Both the position numbers and the translations under genes were made by a program. A stretch of 64,000 bases of DNA from assembly GCA_016873635.1 (NCBI GenBank), contig VGWJ01000011.1, forward strand, positions 678-64,677, in the 5' to 3' direction. Shown here in pieces: positions 19,477 to 29,465 of the stretch (position 1 is its first letter; every line of letters starts with the position of its first letter). A model generated the notes under the pieces. That model was not told the DNA's origin, searched no databases, and saw nothing but the letters and a program-made list of their open reading frames with translations. The stretch is from Lentisphaerota bacterium. GTDB lineage: Bacteria; Verrucomicrobiota; Kiritimatiellia; UBA8416; VGWJ01.

Positions 19477-20691
19477 CTAGAACGTGTGCACGAGCAGTCC
19501 CGAGCGCGGCTTGGGATCGAACCATGTGCTCTTGGGAGGCATCAGGCGGCCCGCGTCCGCCACGGCCATCATCTGCTCTAGGGCCACGGGGAACATGGAA
19601 AAGGCCACCGCCGCCCGGCCCGCGTCCACTTCGCGCGCGAGCGCCTCCGGGCCGCGGCTGCCGCCCACGAAAGCGATGCGCGCGTCGCGGGTGGGATCGC
19701 CAATGCCCAGCACGGGGCCCAGCAGGCGTTCCTGCAGAACGCTCACGTCCAGCGCGGCAACCGGATCGCCGGCGGCGGACGGTTCCCACGCCAGGCCGTG
19801 CCACGCGCCTTGCAGGTACATCGATATGCGGGCCGGCCCCGGCGGCCGCGGCCCGGCCCCGGCGCTCAGCGCAAACCGCTCGCCGACGGCGGCCGTGAAC
19901 GCGGCGGGCAAAAGACCGTTGAGGTCCGCGACGCAGCGGTTGTAAGGCAGGATGCGCAGCTGCCCCGCCGGGTACAGGATGCCCAGGAACCAGTCGCTCT
20001 CGTCCCGCGGCGACCCCGCGCCGCGCCGGCGCGCGCATTCCGCCTGCACGTCCGCCGCGGCCGCCGCCCGGTGATGGCCGTCCGCGATGTACGCGGCGGG
20101 CACGGCGTCCAGCGCCTCAACCAGCGTCCCGGGCGGAGACACGCGCCACACCGTGTGTCCCACGCCGTCCGCCGCCACGAAATCGAAAAGCGGCGCGCCT
20201 GCCGCGGCCTCCGCCACGATCGCGTTCACGGCCGGACTGTCGCCGCAGGTAAGGAACACCGGACCCGTGTGGGCGCGCGCGGCCAGCATGAGGCGCGCGC
20301 GGTCAACCTGCTTGTCCGGCCGCGTCAGCTCGTGCCTGCGGATGACGCCGCGCAGGTAATCGTCAACGGCGAAGCAGGCGACCACGCCGGTCTGACTGTG
20401 CCCGCCGGCGCGCTGCCGGTACAGGTAGACCGACGGCCCTTCTTCGCGCACCAGCACGCCTTCGCGCTCCAGCGCCCGCAGCCGCTCCGCGCCCGCCGCG
20501 TAGACCTCCGCCGACGCGGGATCGCTTGACGGCAGGTTGATCTCGGGCCGCACGACGCGCATGAAACTGCGGGGGTTGCCCGCGGCCTCGGCCGCGGCCT
20601 CGGCCGTGTCCACCGTGTCGTACGGCACGCAGGCTACGGACGCGGCCGCGTCCGGCCGGGGCCGCAACGCTCTGAAGGCCTTGACGCGCAT
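19477..20691 (-). CDS. DUF1015 family protein
   Basis: PYDTV, HELTRPDK, YIADGHHR, MPPKSTWFDPKPRSGL. Confidence 0.9.
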   Translation of the reverse strand: MRVKAFRALRPRPDAAASVACVPYDTVDTAEAAAEAAGNPRSFMRVVRPEINLPSSDPASAEVYAAGAERLRALEREGVLVREEGPSVYLYRQRAGGHSQTGVVACFAVDDYLRGVIRRHELTRPDKQVDRARLMLAARAHTGPVFLTCGDSPAVNAIVAEAAAGAPLFDFVAADGVGHTVWRVSPPGTLVEALDAVPAAYIADGHHRAAAAADVQAECARRRGAGSPRDESDWFLGILYPAGQLRILPYNRCVADLNGLLPAAFTAAVGERFALSAGAGPRPPGPARISMYLQGAWHGLAWEPSAAGDPVAALDVSVLQERLLGPVLGIGDPTRDARIAFVGGSRGPEALAREVDAGRAAVAFSMFPVALEQMMAVADAGRLMPPKSTWFDPKPRSGLLVHTF

Positions 20692-20813
20692 TCTCCGGGT
20701 CCTTTCCGCCGCCGAAAACCAACCTAATTACACCCGGACCGCCCGCCTGTCAACGCGCCCGCCGCTTCCGCGCTCGACACCGTCTCTCCCCAGGCGCTAC
20801 CCTTGCCGCGCCC

Positions 20814-21704
20814 GTGAGCTGCACCCGACAGGATCTGATCGCCTTCCGCCCCGGCCACGCCTACTTCGTCGCGGTCGACTCGGACGGCTGCGTCTTCGAC
20901 ACGATGGAGCTCAAACAGCGCCGCTGCTTCCACCCGCTGATCGTGTCCCACTGGCGCCTCGAGGCCGTGGCCGACGCGGTGCGGGAAACCGCGGCGTTCG
21001 TGGGTCTCTATTCCCGGACCCGCGGATCGAACCGGTTCCCGGCCCTGCTGCGCGTGTTCGACCTGCTGCGCCGCCGCCCCGACGCGCGCGCCGCGGGCGT
21101 GCCCGTGCCCGACCTGCCCGCGCTGCGCCGCTTCGTTCAAAGCGGCGCAGCGCTGGGCGAGCCGGCCCTCGAACGCGCCGCCGCGGAAACGGGCGACCCG
21201 GAGCTGGCCGACGTGCTGGCGTGGAGCCGCGCGGTCAACGCCTGCATCGCCGCGGAAGCCGGCGGCGTGCGGGTGTTTCCCGGAGCCGCCGAGGGCCTGC
21301 GCCTGATGCGCCGACGTGCCGACGTGCTGTGCGTCTCCCAGACGCCCGCGGCGGCCCTGGAGCGGGAATGGGCCCAGCACGGGCTCGCCGACTGTGCGGC
21401 CCTGATCGCCGGGCAGGAACTGGGCACGAAGGCCGAACATATCGCCGCCGCCGCCGCCGGCAAGTACCGGGCCGGCCGCATGCTCGTGGTGGGCGACGCG
21501 CCGGGCGACCGCGAGGCCGCGCGCCGCACCGGCGCGCTGTTCTATCCGATCAACCCCGGCCGCGAGGAGACTTCCTGGCGCCGCCTGCGCGACGAGGACT
21601 GGACGCGGTTCCTCGCCGGCGAATACGCCGGACCGCCGGAAGCCGCGCGCATCGCCGAATTCGACGCGCTGCTCCCGGAAACGCCGCCCTGGGAAAAGAA
21701 GTGA
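20814..21704 (+). CDS. HAD-superfamily hydrolase
   Basis: VDSDGCVFDTM motif I, VSQT, K, VGDAPGD. Confidence 0.85.
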   Translation: MSCTRQDLIAFRPGHAYFVAVDSDGCVFDTMELKQRRCFHPLIVSHWRLEAVADAVRETAAFVGLYSRTRGSNRFPALLRVFDLLRRRPDARAAGVPVPDLPALRRFVQSGAALGEPALERAAAETGDPELADVLAWSRAVNACIAAEAGGVRVFPGAAEGLRLMRRRADVLCVSQTPAAALEREWAQHGLADCAALIAGQELGTKAEHIAAAAAGKYRAGRMLVVGDAPGDREAARRTGALFYPINPGREETSWRRLRDEDWTRFLAGEYAGPPEAARIAEFDALLPETPPWEKK

Positions 21705-21738
21705 CATCCGGCGTCCGACATTCGACACTCGTCGCGGC

Positions 21739-22254
21739 ATGAAGGGCCGCATCCAGGTCTATACCGGCGACGGCAAAGGCAAGACCTCCGCCGCGCTGGG
21801 GCTGATCGTGCGCGCGGCCGGCGCGGGGCTGCGGGTCTACCTCGGCCAGTTCTGCAAACGCGGCGACTCCCCCGAGATCCGGGTGCTGCGCGAGCGCTTT
21901 CCCGAGGCGACCGCGGCAGCCTTCGGCTGCGGCGGATTCATCCGCAACGCGCCGTCCGAGGCGGACATCCGCGCCGCGCGCGCGGGGCTGGCCGCGCTGC
22001 GCGCGGCCCTCACCGGCGGCGCGTACGACGTGGTCATCGCCGACGAGGCCGGACCGGCGGTCAAGGCCGGCGTGATCGCGGAGTCCGACCTCGCCGACCT
22101 CGCCGCCTGCCGGCCCGACGCCGTGGAACTGGTGTTCACCGGCCGCGACATGCCCGCCTCCATCATCGCGCGGGCCGATCTGGTCACCGAGATGAAGGCC
22201 GTCCGCCACTACTTCGACCGCGGCGTGCCCGCCCGCCCCGGCATCGAGCGATGA
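21739..22254 (+). CDS. cobO: Cob(I)yrinic acid a,c-diamide adenosyltransferase (CobO/BtuR)
   Basis: YTGDGKGKTSAALG, FTGR, ADLVTEM, GIE. Confidence 0.9.
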   Translation: MKGRIQVYTGDGKGKTSAALGLIVRAAGAGLRVYLGQFCKRGDSPEIRVLRERFPEATAAAFGCGGFIRNAPSEADIRAARAGLAALRAALTGGAYDVVIADEAGPAVKAGVIAESDLADLAACRPDAVELVFTGRDMPASIIARADLVTEMKAVRHYFDRGVPARPGIER

Positions 22255-22353
22255 CCGCGGGTTGACTTTCTTCCCTTGCTTGCGGTATGGTCGCGTCGGC
22301 AACCGACGTTCGGTATGCTCAAGACGTAACCGGCAAGAGGAAGGACGGCAGAC

Positions 22354-22689
22354 ATGAAGAAATGGAAATGCGGCGTCTGCGGCTTCATCCATGACGGCGA
22401 TAACGCTCCGGAAAAATGCCCGAAGTGCGGCGCGCCGAAAGAGAAATTCGTCCTGCTGGACGAGGCGGCGGCGAAACTCGTGGAACGCTCGCGCCACACC
22501 AACACGCTGCACACGCGGGCCATCACCCTGGCGCGCGACCTGGAAGCCGTCTGCAAGGAGGGCATCAAGGACAACCTGGACCCCGCCTGCGTGGACGTGT
22601 TCAACAAATCGCTGGCCCACGCCTACGAGATGATGAAGCTTTCCATGACGGAAATCCAGGGGCACATGAACAAAGGCAAGTGGGGTTGA
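22354..22689 (+). CDS. Rubredoxin-like domain protein
   Basis: WKCGVCGFIH...CPKCGAP; C-terminal DNLDPAC, H..KGKWG. Confidence 0.85.
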   Translation: MKKWKCGVCGFIHDGDNAPEKCPKCGAPKEKFVLLDEAAAKLVERSRHTNTLHTRAITLARDLEAVCKEGIKDNLDPACVDVFNKSLAHAYEMMKLSMTEIQGHMNKGKWG

Positions 22690-22772
22690 TGCCGGCGACC
22701 CCGGCGTCCCGCGGGAAGAACGTCGCTCGCGTTCATGAACAAGCCAGGCTAAGATGACATGAAACAAGCGTC

Positions 22773-24497
22773 TTGATTACCGGGCATTCCCGCGCAGGCA
22801 GTCCGGGTCCGGGTCGGTTTCCGACCGCCACGCGGGTTTTCTCGACAGTCGCGTTGGAGAATGTTCCGTCCGTGCCGGCCCCCGATGCGCTGATAATCGC
22901 CGGAGACGACCCCCAGGAGGTGCTGGGATCGCGGGAACGCGATACGGCGCGGCTGCGCGTGGACGGCACGGCCGCCGCGCTGCCTTTTCTGGACGCCTAC
23001 TTTCGCGCGGGGCGGGACGCGGCCGCCGCGCGGGCGCTGCTCCGCGGCGAAAGCGCGCCGTTCCTTTCGCTGAACGGCGCCTACCTGTGCCAGTTTCTCG
23101 AGGCCCGCGGCTTCACGGCGGCGCTGGCGCCGGACCGCGCGCCGAACGGGGAGGCCCTGCGGGCCGCGCTCGCCGCCGGGCCGCGCGCGGTTGTGATCTC
23201 CACCACCTTCCTGCCCTTCGCCGCGCAGATCGACGCGCTGGCCGCGTTCGCCAAGCGGCATGCGCCCGGCGCCGCGGTGATCGCGGGCGGCATCCAGGTC
23301 TGGAAGTCGTACCGCCACGACCGCCTGCTCGCCCCCGGAAGCATAGGTTCCGAGCTGCGCGGCGCCGTCAGCGAACACAGCTACCTGATGGACGCGCATC
23401 TCGCTTCGCCGGTCGACCTGTTCATCGTCAGCAACAGCGGCGAAGAAACGCTGGCCCGCGTCCTGGCCTGCCTGCGGGACGGCGGCGACGCCCGTCGCCT
23501 GGACAACGTGGCCTGGATCGCCGGCGGAAAATGGCGCGTGAACCCCGTCGCGCCCGAGCCGTTTCACGAGGTGCGCGTCGACTGGACGCGCTTCCTGGGG
23601 CGACCCACGTCCGCCTTCGTGCCCGTGCAGGCCGGCCTGGGCTGCGGTTTCCGCTGCGCGTTCTGCGATTTCGCCGGCCTGCGGCCCGTGCGTACGAGGT
23701 CCCTCGCCTCGCTCCTTGAGGAGATCCGCACCATTCCGCCGTGCGACGGCGTGCGCCGCGTCTATTTCACCGACGACAATCTCTTCCCCACCCGCCGCCG
23801 CGCCGTGGAGCTGTGCCGCGCCCTTATTGCGTCCGGTCTCGGCGTGCGCTGGCGCGGCCTGGCGCGCGTGGCCGTCGTGGACGACGAAACGGCCGATCTG
23901 ATGGCGCGTTCCGGCTGTCTCGAGGTGCTGCTCGGCGTCGAGTCGGGGGATCCGGGCATGCTGCGGCGCATGAACAAGCGTGTCTCGCCGGAGCAAATCC
24001 TCTCCGGGATCGCCTGCCTTGGGCGGCGCGGCATCAGCACGAAGAGCACCTTCATCGTCGGCTTTCCGGGCGAAACCGAGGACACGATCCGCAACACGAT
24101 CGCCCTGCTCAACGCCTATCCCGCCGACGCGCCGGCGCTGCACCGCTACATGTTCTTCCTGTTCGCGGTGCTGCCGCTCTCCGCGGCGGCCGGGCCGGAA
24201 GCGCGGCGGCGCTACGGGCTCACGGGCTACGGCTACGACTGGAAACACGCCACCATGGATGCCCCGACCGCCGCGCGCTGGATCGCGTCCATGCCGGACG
24301 CGCTCAAGCCCGAGCTGTGCCCGAGCTACGTGGGTGAGGTGCCGGAGCTGCCCGGGCTGGACGTGGAGACGCTCAAGCGCGTCGTGGTGCTGCGCAACCG
24401 CCTGGCCGGGCTGCATCGCGGCCGCGCGACGGCGGGGGCGAAGGCGGAGGAACTGTGGGACGAGCTGGAACGGTGCTTTGACCGGCGGACGTCGTGA
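22773..24497 (+). CDS. B12-binding radical SAM protein, PhpK-like
   Basis: ISTTF, GG cobalamin region, GCGFRCAFC, DDNL, GVESGD, VGFPGET, WKHATM; true start may be ATG 22759 with a 1-nt slip. Confidence 0.8.
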   Translation: MITGHSRAGSPGPGRFPTATRVFSTVALENVPSVPAPDALIIAGDDPQEVLGSRERDTARLRVDGTAAALPFLDAYFRAGRDAAAARALLRGESAPFLSLNGAYLCQFLEARGFTAALAPDRAPNGEALRAALAAGPRAVVISTTFLPFAAQIDALAAFAKRHAPGAAVIAGGIQVWKSYRHDRLLAPGSIGSELRGAVSEHSYLMDAHLASPVDLFIVSNSGEETLARVLACLRDGGDARRLDNVAWIAGGKWRVNPVAPEPFHEVRVDWTRFLGRPTSAFVPVQAGLGCGFRCAFCDFAGLRPVRTRSLASLLEEIRTIPPCDGVRRVYFTDDNLFPTRRRAVELCRALIASGLGVRWRGLARVAVVDDETADLMARSGCLEVLLGVESGDPGMLRRMNKRVSPEQILSGIACLGRRGISTKSTFIVGFPGETEDTIRNTIALLNAYPADAPALHRYMFFLFAVLPLSAAAGPEARRRYGLTGYGYDWKHATMDAPTAARWIASMPDALKPELCPSYVGEVPELPGLDVETLKRVVVLRNRLAGLHRGRATAGAKAEELWDELERCFDRRTS

Positions 24498-24613
24498 ACC
24501 GACGGCTTTGCCGGACATCCGGCGGGCCGGCGGCGGCTCCCCCGCCCATCCGTTGCCTCGCGCCCGCGAGGGGCGAGCCGCCTGCCCCGCTCGATCCGGC
24601 GCGTCCATGCGTG

Positions 24614-25408
24614 TCAGAAGAATGCCGAGAACGAAATGCTGTAGAAAAACTTGTCCGCAACGCCGCCCTCCGCTTCCACCGCGGCCCGCAGGCCGCGGTC
24701 GACCAGGGTCATGTACTCGAACCCCGGCGTCAGAATCCACTGCGGCCTGACGTGTATCGGTATCAGCGCCGCGCCCACCAGGTCCACCGGCGCGGCATGC
24801 CGGTATGCCGGTCCCTGCTCCGTCTTCTCCCGCCGGCCGCGGAAGTCGAAGATTCCGTTCAGATAGCCGGGATCGGCCGCGCCCAGATGAAGGTCCAGGT
24901 CCAGGGCCGCGAGATCACGGCAAAGCTCGAAAGAATGGCTCAACGACACCGTGCCGTAGGCGCCGTCGATGCGGTCGATGTCATAGTACAGAATCGCCGT
25001 GGGCAGAAGCGGCACGTCGACCGTGTAGCCGAGCATGGCTTCCCATGTGTCCTTCGACTGGCCGCGCGGACCGTCGTGGTATATGTACGCGATCAGCCCG
25101 GCCGACAAGATCTGAATGCCCCGCTCCCAGGCGTAGCGGCCCCTGACGTCGATGCGGTTCCGCTCCCACGTGTCATCGTCGGCCACCAGGTCGAGCGTGC
25201 CCCACACGTCCAGGTTGAAGTTGCCGGCGGAGAACAAGAGGGCCGGCTGCAGGCAGGGCAAGTCGTTGATGACTTGTCCCCGCCAGACATAAGCGCTGGT
25301 GAGACCAACTTCCGCCTCGATGCCCGCGTCCAGGGAAACGCCCCGGGCCGTTGCGGCGCAGACGGAAATGGCGGAAAGCAGCGTCCATACCCGCATTCTC
25401 ATGGTCAT
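24614..25408 (-). CDS. Outer-membrane protein, TIGR02001/TorF-like
   Basis: Signal peptide, SAYVWRGQ, LQP, C-terminal Phe. Confidence 0.7.
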   Translation of the reverse strand: MTMRMRVWTLLSAISVCAATARGVSLDAGIEAEVGLTSAYVWRGQVINDLPCLQPALLFSAGNFNLDVWGTLDLVADDDTWERNRIDVRGRYAWERGIQILSAGLIAYIYHDGPRGQSKDTWEAMLGYTVDVPLLPTAILYYDIDRIDGAYGTVSLSHSFELCRDLAALDLDLHLGAADPGYLNGIFDFRGRREKTEQGPAYRHAAPVDLVGAALIPIHVRPQWILTPGFEYMTLVDRGLRAAVEAEGGVADKFFYSISFSAFF

Positions 25409-25459
25409 CTCCTCCGTTACCTGCCCTCTGCCCCCTGACTCCCCGGCCGACTCCCCGTA

Positions 25460-26338
25460 TCATCCCCACAGCGCGCGCGGATAGACGCCCGCCTCCACGA
25501 GCGCGGCAATCTCCTTGACCACCCGCTCGCGGTCCTTCGGGTTGGTGATACCCATCCAGGCCTCCGGCGTGCGCAGCACCCGGACCGTTGCCTCGCCGGA
25601 TCGCACCAGCCCGTTCACGACTTCCGGCAGATAGAACTCATCGGCGCTCCGGTCGGCCGACCGGTCGAGGAAACGGACAAACTCCCGCTCAAGATAAGGG
25701 AACAGCGACGGCTTGAATGCCCACGCGTTCATGGATACCGGCTCCGCGCCGGTCAGCCCGCGCGCAACCAGCGTTTCCGCGGCCAGGTCGGTCGTCTCGG
25801 TCACTTGCGTCAACCGGCCGGCCCCGTCGGTGCGGCAGACGCCGCGGGACACGGCGCCATGGGGCGACAGCGTCCGCGCCAGCACGAAACCCACCATGGC
25901 GTAGGCGCACGGATCGGCCTGCGTCTCGCGCAGGAACCCGCCGAGGGCCGCGTAGGCGCGCGGCCCGTAGTAATCGTCGGCGTTGATCACGGCAAAGGAG
26001 CCGCTCACCCGGGCGGCCGCGGCAAGCACGGCGTGCCCCGTTCCCCAGGGTTTGCGGCGGTCGGGCGGAACGACCCAGCCGGCGGGAAGATCCGCGACCG
26101 ATTGGAAGACCGTTTCCATCCGCCCCCCCCGCCGGAGGCGCTGCATCACGACCGATTCGAAGTCCGCCGCAATGTCGTCGCGGATCACAAAAACAAAGCG
26201 CCCGAACCCCGCGCGCAGCGCGTCGTAAACGGCATAGTCCAGGAGGAATTCACCCGAGGGACCGACCGGCTCCATCTGTTTCAGGCCGCCGTAACGGCTG
26301 CCCATGCCCGCGGCGAGAACAACCAGGGTGTGATCCAT
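25460..26338 (-). CDS. Nucleotidyltransferase (sugar-phosphate NTP transferase family)
   Basis: LAAGMGSRYGGLKQ, KPWGTGHA, INADDYYG, EFYLP. Confidence 0.88.
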   Translation of the reverse strand: MDHTLVVLAAGMGSRYGGLKQMEPVGPSGEFLLDYAVYDALRAGFGRFVFVIRDDIAADFESVVMQRLRRGGRMETVFQSVADLPAGWVVPPDRRKPWGTGHAVLAAAARVSGSFAVINADDYYGPRAYAALGGFLRETQADPCAYAMVGFVLARTLSPHGAVSRGVCRTDGAGRLTQVTETTDLAAETLVARGLTGAEPVSMNAWAFKPSLFPYLEREFVRFLDRSADRSADEFYLPEVVNGLVRSGEATVRVLRTPEAWMGITNPKDRERVVKEIAALVEAGVYPRALWG

Positions 26339-26679
26339 GACGCCTTGCAGGCTACGCGCAGCGCGACCGCTTGTCGAGATGGTTTCGCCCCCGCGCGCGC
26401 GGCCCGCGGGAAAAGGAGGGGAGGCTCCGGCCGAGCCGAGCCGGAGGTCCGTCCGGTCAACGGCGGACACACGGCGCATCGTCGTCTTTTGTTGTTCTTT
26501 CTTGCCCTTATGCCCCCCGGCGCATACGGTTTCGGTCATGGGGTGGCGCGTTGCCGCCCTCGAGGAGCAAGGAGGCATGAATGCGACGACAACCCGAATC
26601 TCGACTATGCGGAAGCGGCGCGCGCAGGTAAGAACCGGCTGGAAAGGGAATCGGCATGAGCATGATAAAGGAAACTGAA

Positions 26680-27222
26680 ATGAGACGCGTGTTTGTATTG
26701 TGTGCGGCGATCCTCGCCGGCGGGTGCAGCGCCGTCTACAGCCCCGTTCCGCTCGGAGACAAGCCGGTGAACATTGAGGGCGAGCGGGGCGAATGGGAGG
26801 GGACGTGGATGCACGCGGACGGCGCGATGACCGTCAAGGTGATGGATGGGCCGAACGGCGTGCTGAAAGTCGGATGGATTGAGGACAAACAGGACGACTT
26901 GAAGCATGAGACGGCATCGGTGTTCCTGCGAAACGGCGCGGGCTGGACATTTGCCAGCATCAGGCCGCAAGACGAAACGAACGAAAACCGCTATGTGTGG
27001 GCAAGGATCGAGAAGAAGGCAAGACTCGCGATTCTATGGGGGCCGGACGTGAAGAAGTTCAAGGCCCTCGTCCAGGACGGAAGGCTTCCCGGCGAAGTCG
27101 ACGGCAGCGACGTTGTTCTGGGAAGCCTTACCTCGAACCACCTTGCCCTGATCGCGTCCGAAACGAACGGGGTCCTTTTCTACTGGGACGAGCCCTTTGT
27201 TCTGATCAAGTCAGGCAAATAG
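26680..27222 (+). CDS. Hypothetical lipoprotein
   Basis: Lipobox LAGGC; visibly more A/T-rich than flanks. Confidence 0.7.
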   Translation: MRRVFVLCAAILAGGCSAVYSPVPLGDKPVNIEGERGEWEGTWMHADGAMTVKVMDGPNGVLKVGWIEDKQDDLKHETASVFLRNGAGWTFASIRPQDETNENRYVWARIEKKARLAILWGPDVKKFKALVQDGRLPGEVDGSDVVLGSLTSNHLALIASETNGVLFYWDEPFVLIKSGK

Positions 27223-27283
27223 CGGGCGGCCGATACAAGCCATCCCTGCTCGCCGTTCAACGGCCCCGTGGCCTGCCTGATAC

Positions 27284-28702
27284 TCATTTGAGACGCACGT
27301 CACGCACGAAATCCTTCACGCTGAACCGGGCGTCGTCCATGGTGCGCACGCGCCGGCCGTTGATCCGCAGGTTCTCGATGGTGACGTCCCGCACCATGTG
27401 CTCCGCGTCCAGGCCGGCAAAGTACAACTCCGGCACGGTCCAGGCGGTCACATCGATGTCCTGGAAACGGATGTCGTCCACGCGTCCGCGGACGGTGTCC
27501 TTGCTCCACATCGTGGCGGAGGTCACCAGCACAATCAGCTGCGAAACATGCCGCGCGGTCTCGGCATACACCTGGTCTTTCTCCTTCTGGTAGACCGGTC
27601 GCGTCTGGTCGTCGTCGAGTTCCACGCGGATATTCCTGAAAAGCAGGTCGTGGCAGCGCGCGCGATCGCCGTTCTGCACTTCCATGGCGACGTCCAGGCT
27701 GTGAATCACGTCGCAGTCGTCGAAGCGCAGGCCGGCGATCTCGTCGGCCACGGTTTCGGCCCCGATTTCCAGCGCCCGCCCCCAGTCGCACCACAGGACG
27801 CAGCGCCGCACGCGGATATCGGCCACCGGCGCGCAGCCGCAGGAAGCCCCGGCCCAGCTCTTCAGCCCCTTGAAGACGATGCAGTCGTCGAAGGACCGCA
27901 CGAAGCTGTCTTCCACGCTGCAGTCCCGGCTGTTGACGAAGTCTATGCCGTCGGCGTTGTAGCGCCACAGGCCCACCAGCTTGACGTTGCGGATCCGCAC
28001 GTCGCTGCTCAGCACGGGAACGAGCGTCCAGCCGGGAGGGTCGCGCAGCGTAATGCCTTCGATGTCCACGTGGCGGCAGCCGATCGTGTTGATCAGTCCG
28101 CGGGTCTCGCCGCGCGCCAGCCTGCCGCCGTCGAGTATGCCGCGGCCGCGAATGGCGATGTTCTCGGCCTTCTCGGCCGCGAACGCCCCGTATACCACGG
28201 CTCCGCCCGCGATGTAGACGGTCTGCCCGCCGGTCATGCGGACGATGCCGGGACTGTGAACGCCGGGCCCGAAGTAGAGAACGGAGGGATCGTTCGGGTC
28301 CGGCGCGTCCGCTTCCGGCGGATCGGCGAAAAGATGCAGGGCCCGGCGCATGCCGTTGACCTCGACGCTGAGCTGGCCCGGCCGCTCCAGCCTGAACCGC
28401 AGGACGTTGCCGTCCGTCGACGGCTTGATTCCCCGGGAAGAGGGCCGCACCCTGGCGTCGCGCATCGGACGCGCGCTGGTCACCGCAACCTCAACCGGCC
28501 CGCGCATGTCCCAGGACGCGAAAGCCGCGATCTCGGTCTGCCCGACCGGCCGTTGATAGCCCGGCCAGACCTGGTTGATGGGCTGCGCCGAAACCCGCGC
28601 CTGGTGAACGAAGACCGGCCGGCCGTTGACGGTCACGGTGTAGTCGGCGGAAGCCGGCGACTCCGCCGGCGCCGGATGCACAGTTACGGTTTCCGTCGTC
28701 AT
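27284..28702 (-). CDS. Pectin-lyase-fold glycoside hydrolase (GH28-like beta-helix)
   Basis: YFGPGVH, VYIAGGAVVYG, GRGILDG, NADGID, DDCI. Confidence 0.8.
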   Translation of the reverse strand: MTTETVTVHPAPAESPASADYTVTVNGRPVFVHQARVSAQPINQVWPGYQRPVGQTEIAAFASWDMRGPVEVAVTSARPMRDARVRPSSRGIKPSTDGNVLRFRLERPGQLSVEVNGMRRALHLFADPPEADAPDPNDPSVLYFGPGVHSPGIVRMTGGQTVYIAGGAVVYGAFAAEKAENIAIRGRGILDGGRLARGETRGLINTIGCRHVDIEGITLRDPPGWTLVPVLSSDVRIRNVKLVGLWRYNADGIDFVNSRDCSVEDSFVRSFDDCIVFKGLKSWAGASCGCAPVADIRVRRCVLWCDWGRALEIGAETVADEIAGLRFDDCDVIHSLDVAMEVQNGDRARCHDLLFRNIRVELDDDQTRPVYQKEKDQVYAETARHVSQLIVLVTSATMWSKDTVRGRVDDIRFQDIDVTAWTVPELYFAGLDAEHMVRDVTIENLRINGRRVRTMDDARFSVKDFVRDVRLK

Positions 28703-28883
28703 TTCATCTCCCTTCCTGCTTCTTCCGCGATGGCTCGTCGCAGGCCCGGAATCTAGCCGGCGCGCGCCGCAAGGGCAATTGCTAACGCGGCGGCCGCGTA
28801 TGAAGTGGCGGCCGCGGCATGTCCGGGTTATGCTTGCTTCGCGCGGAAGGGACCGCGAACCGGGTGCGACTGGGGCGCGAGCG

Positions 28884-29318
28884 ATGGATGCGCAACGCAT
28901 GAGACACCTTGAACGCCGATGGCTGGCGCTCACCGCGGGCGCCGCCGCCAACCTGCCCTGGATCGCCGTGTGGGGACACGCCGCGCTGAATCCGGAACGG
29001 CTGCACACCCACGTCCCCGTGCTGTTCATGCTCCTGGCCCTGGGCATCAGCGCCGCGGTCGCGCTGCCCTGCCTGATCGTGTCGGGATTGCTGGTCCGCC
29101 GCTGGTTCCTGATCGCCATGCTGTCCTTCGTCAACGTGTACTGGCCCCTGCGCTGGATCGAGCTGCATGCCGCGGGCGGATACGGCTTTCCCGGCCGTCA
29201 GGCCGGCCTGACCGTCTATCTGGCCCTGATGTTTGTATCGTCGGCAGCCGCCGGCGCGGTCTACTGGATCGCCGACCGCGCCTTGACCGCGTTCCGGAAG
29301 CGGCTGCGGTTGCGGTAG
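28884..29318 (+). CDS. Hypothetical membrane protein (about 4 TM)
   Basis: Four hydrophobic stretches; start uncertain. Confidence 0.55.
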   Translation: MDAQRMRHLERRWLALTAGAAANLPWIAVWGHAALNPERLHTHVPVLFMLLALGISAAVALPCLIVSGLLVRRWFLIAMLSFVNVYWPLRWIELHAAGGYGFPGRQAGLTVYLALMFVSSAAAGAVYWIADRALTAFRKRLRLR

Positions 29319-29465
29319 CGCGGCTCGAATCGGTTGCGTCTGCGTCGCCGCACGCGGCGCCGACAACCGGATATTCCACGCAACCGAGAGACGACACACG
29401 ATTCGCGCCGCGCTGCCGCAACCGCGACCTTTGCCCCCTCCCCATCCTTACGCGCGGAACCATCC

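Noticed and set aside
28779-28833. attC-like site (GCTAAC...GTTATGC) before a small membrane gene
   Set aside because: Only about 54 bp, poor R/L box pairing, no integrase or cassette array.
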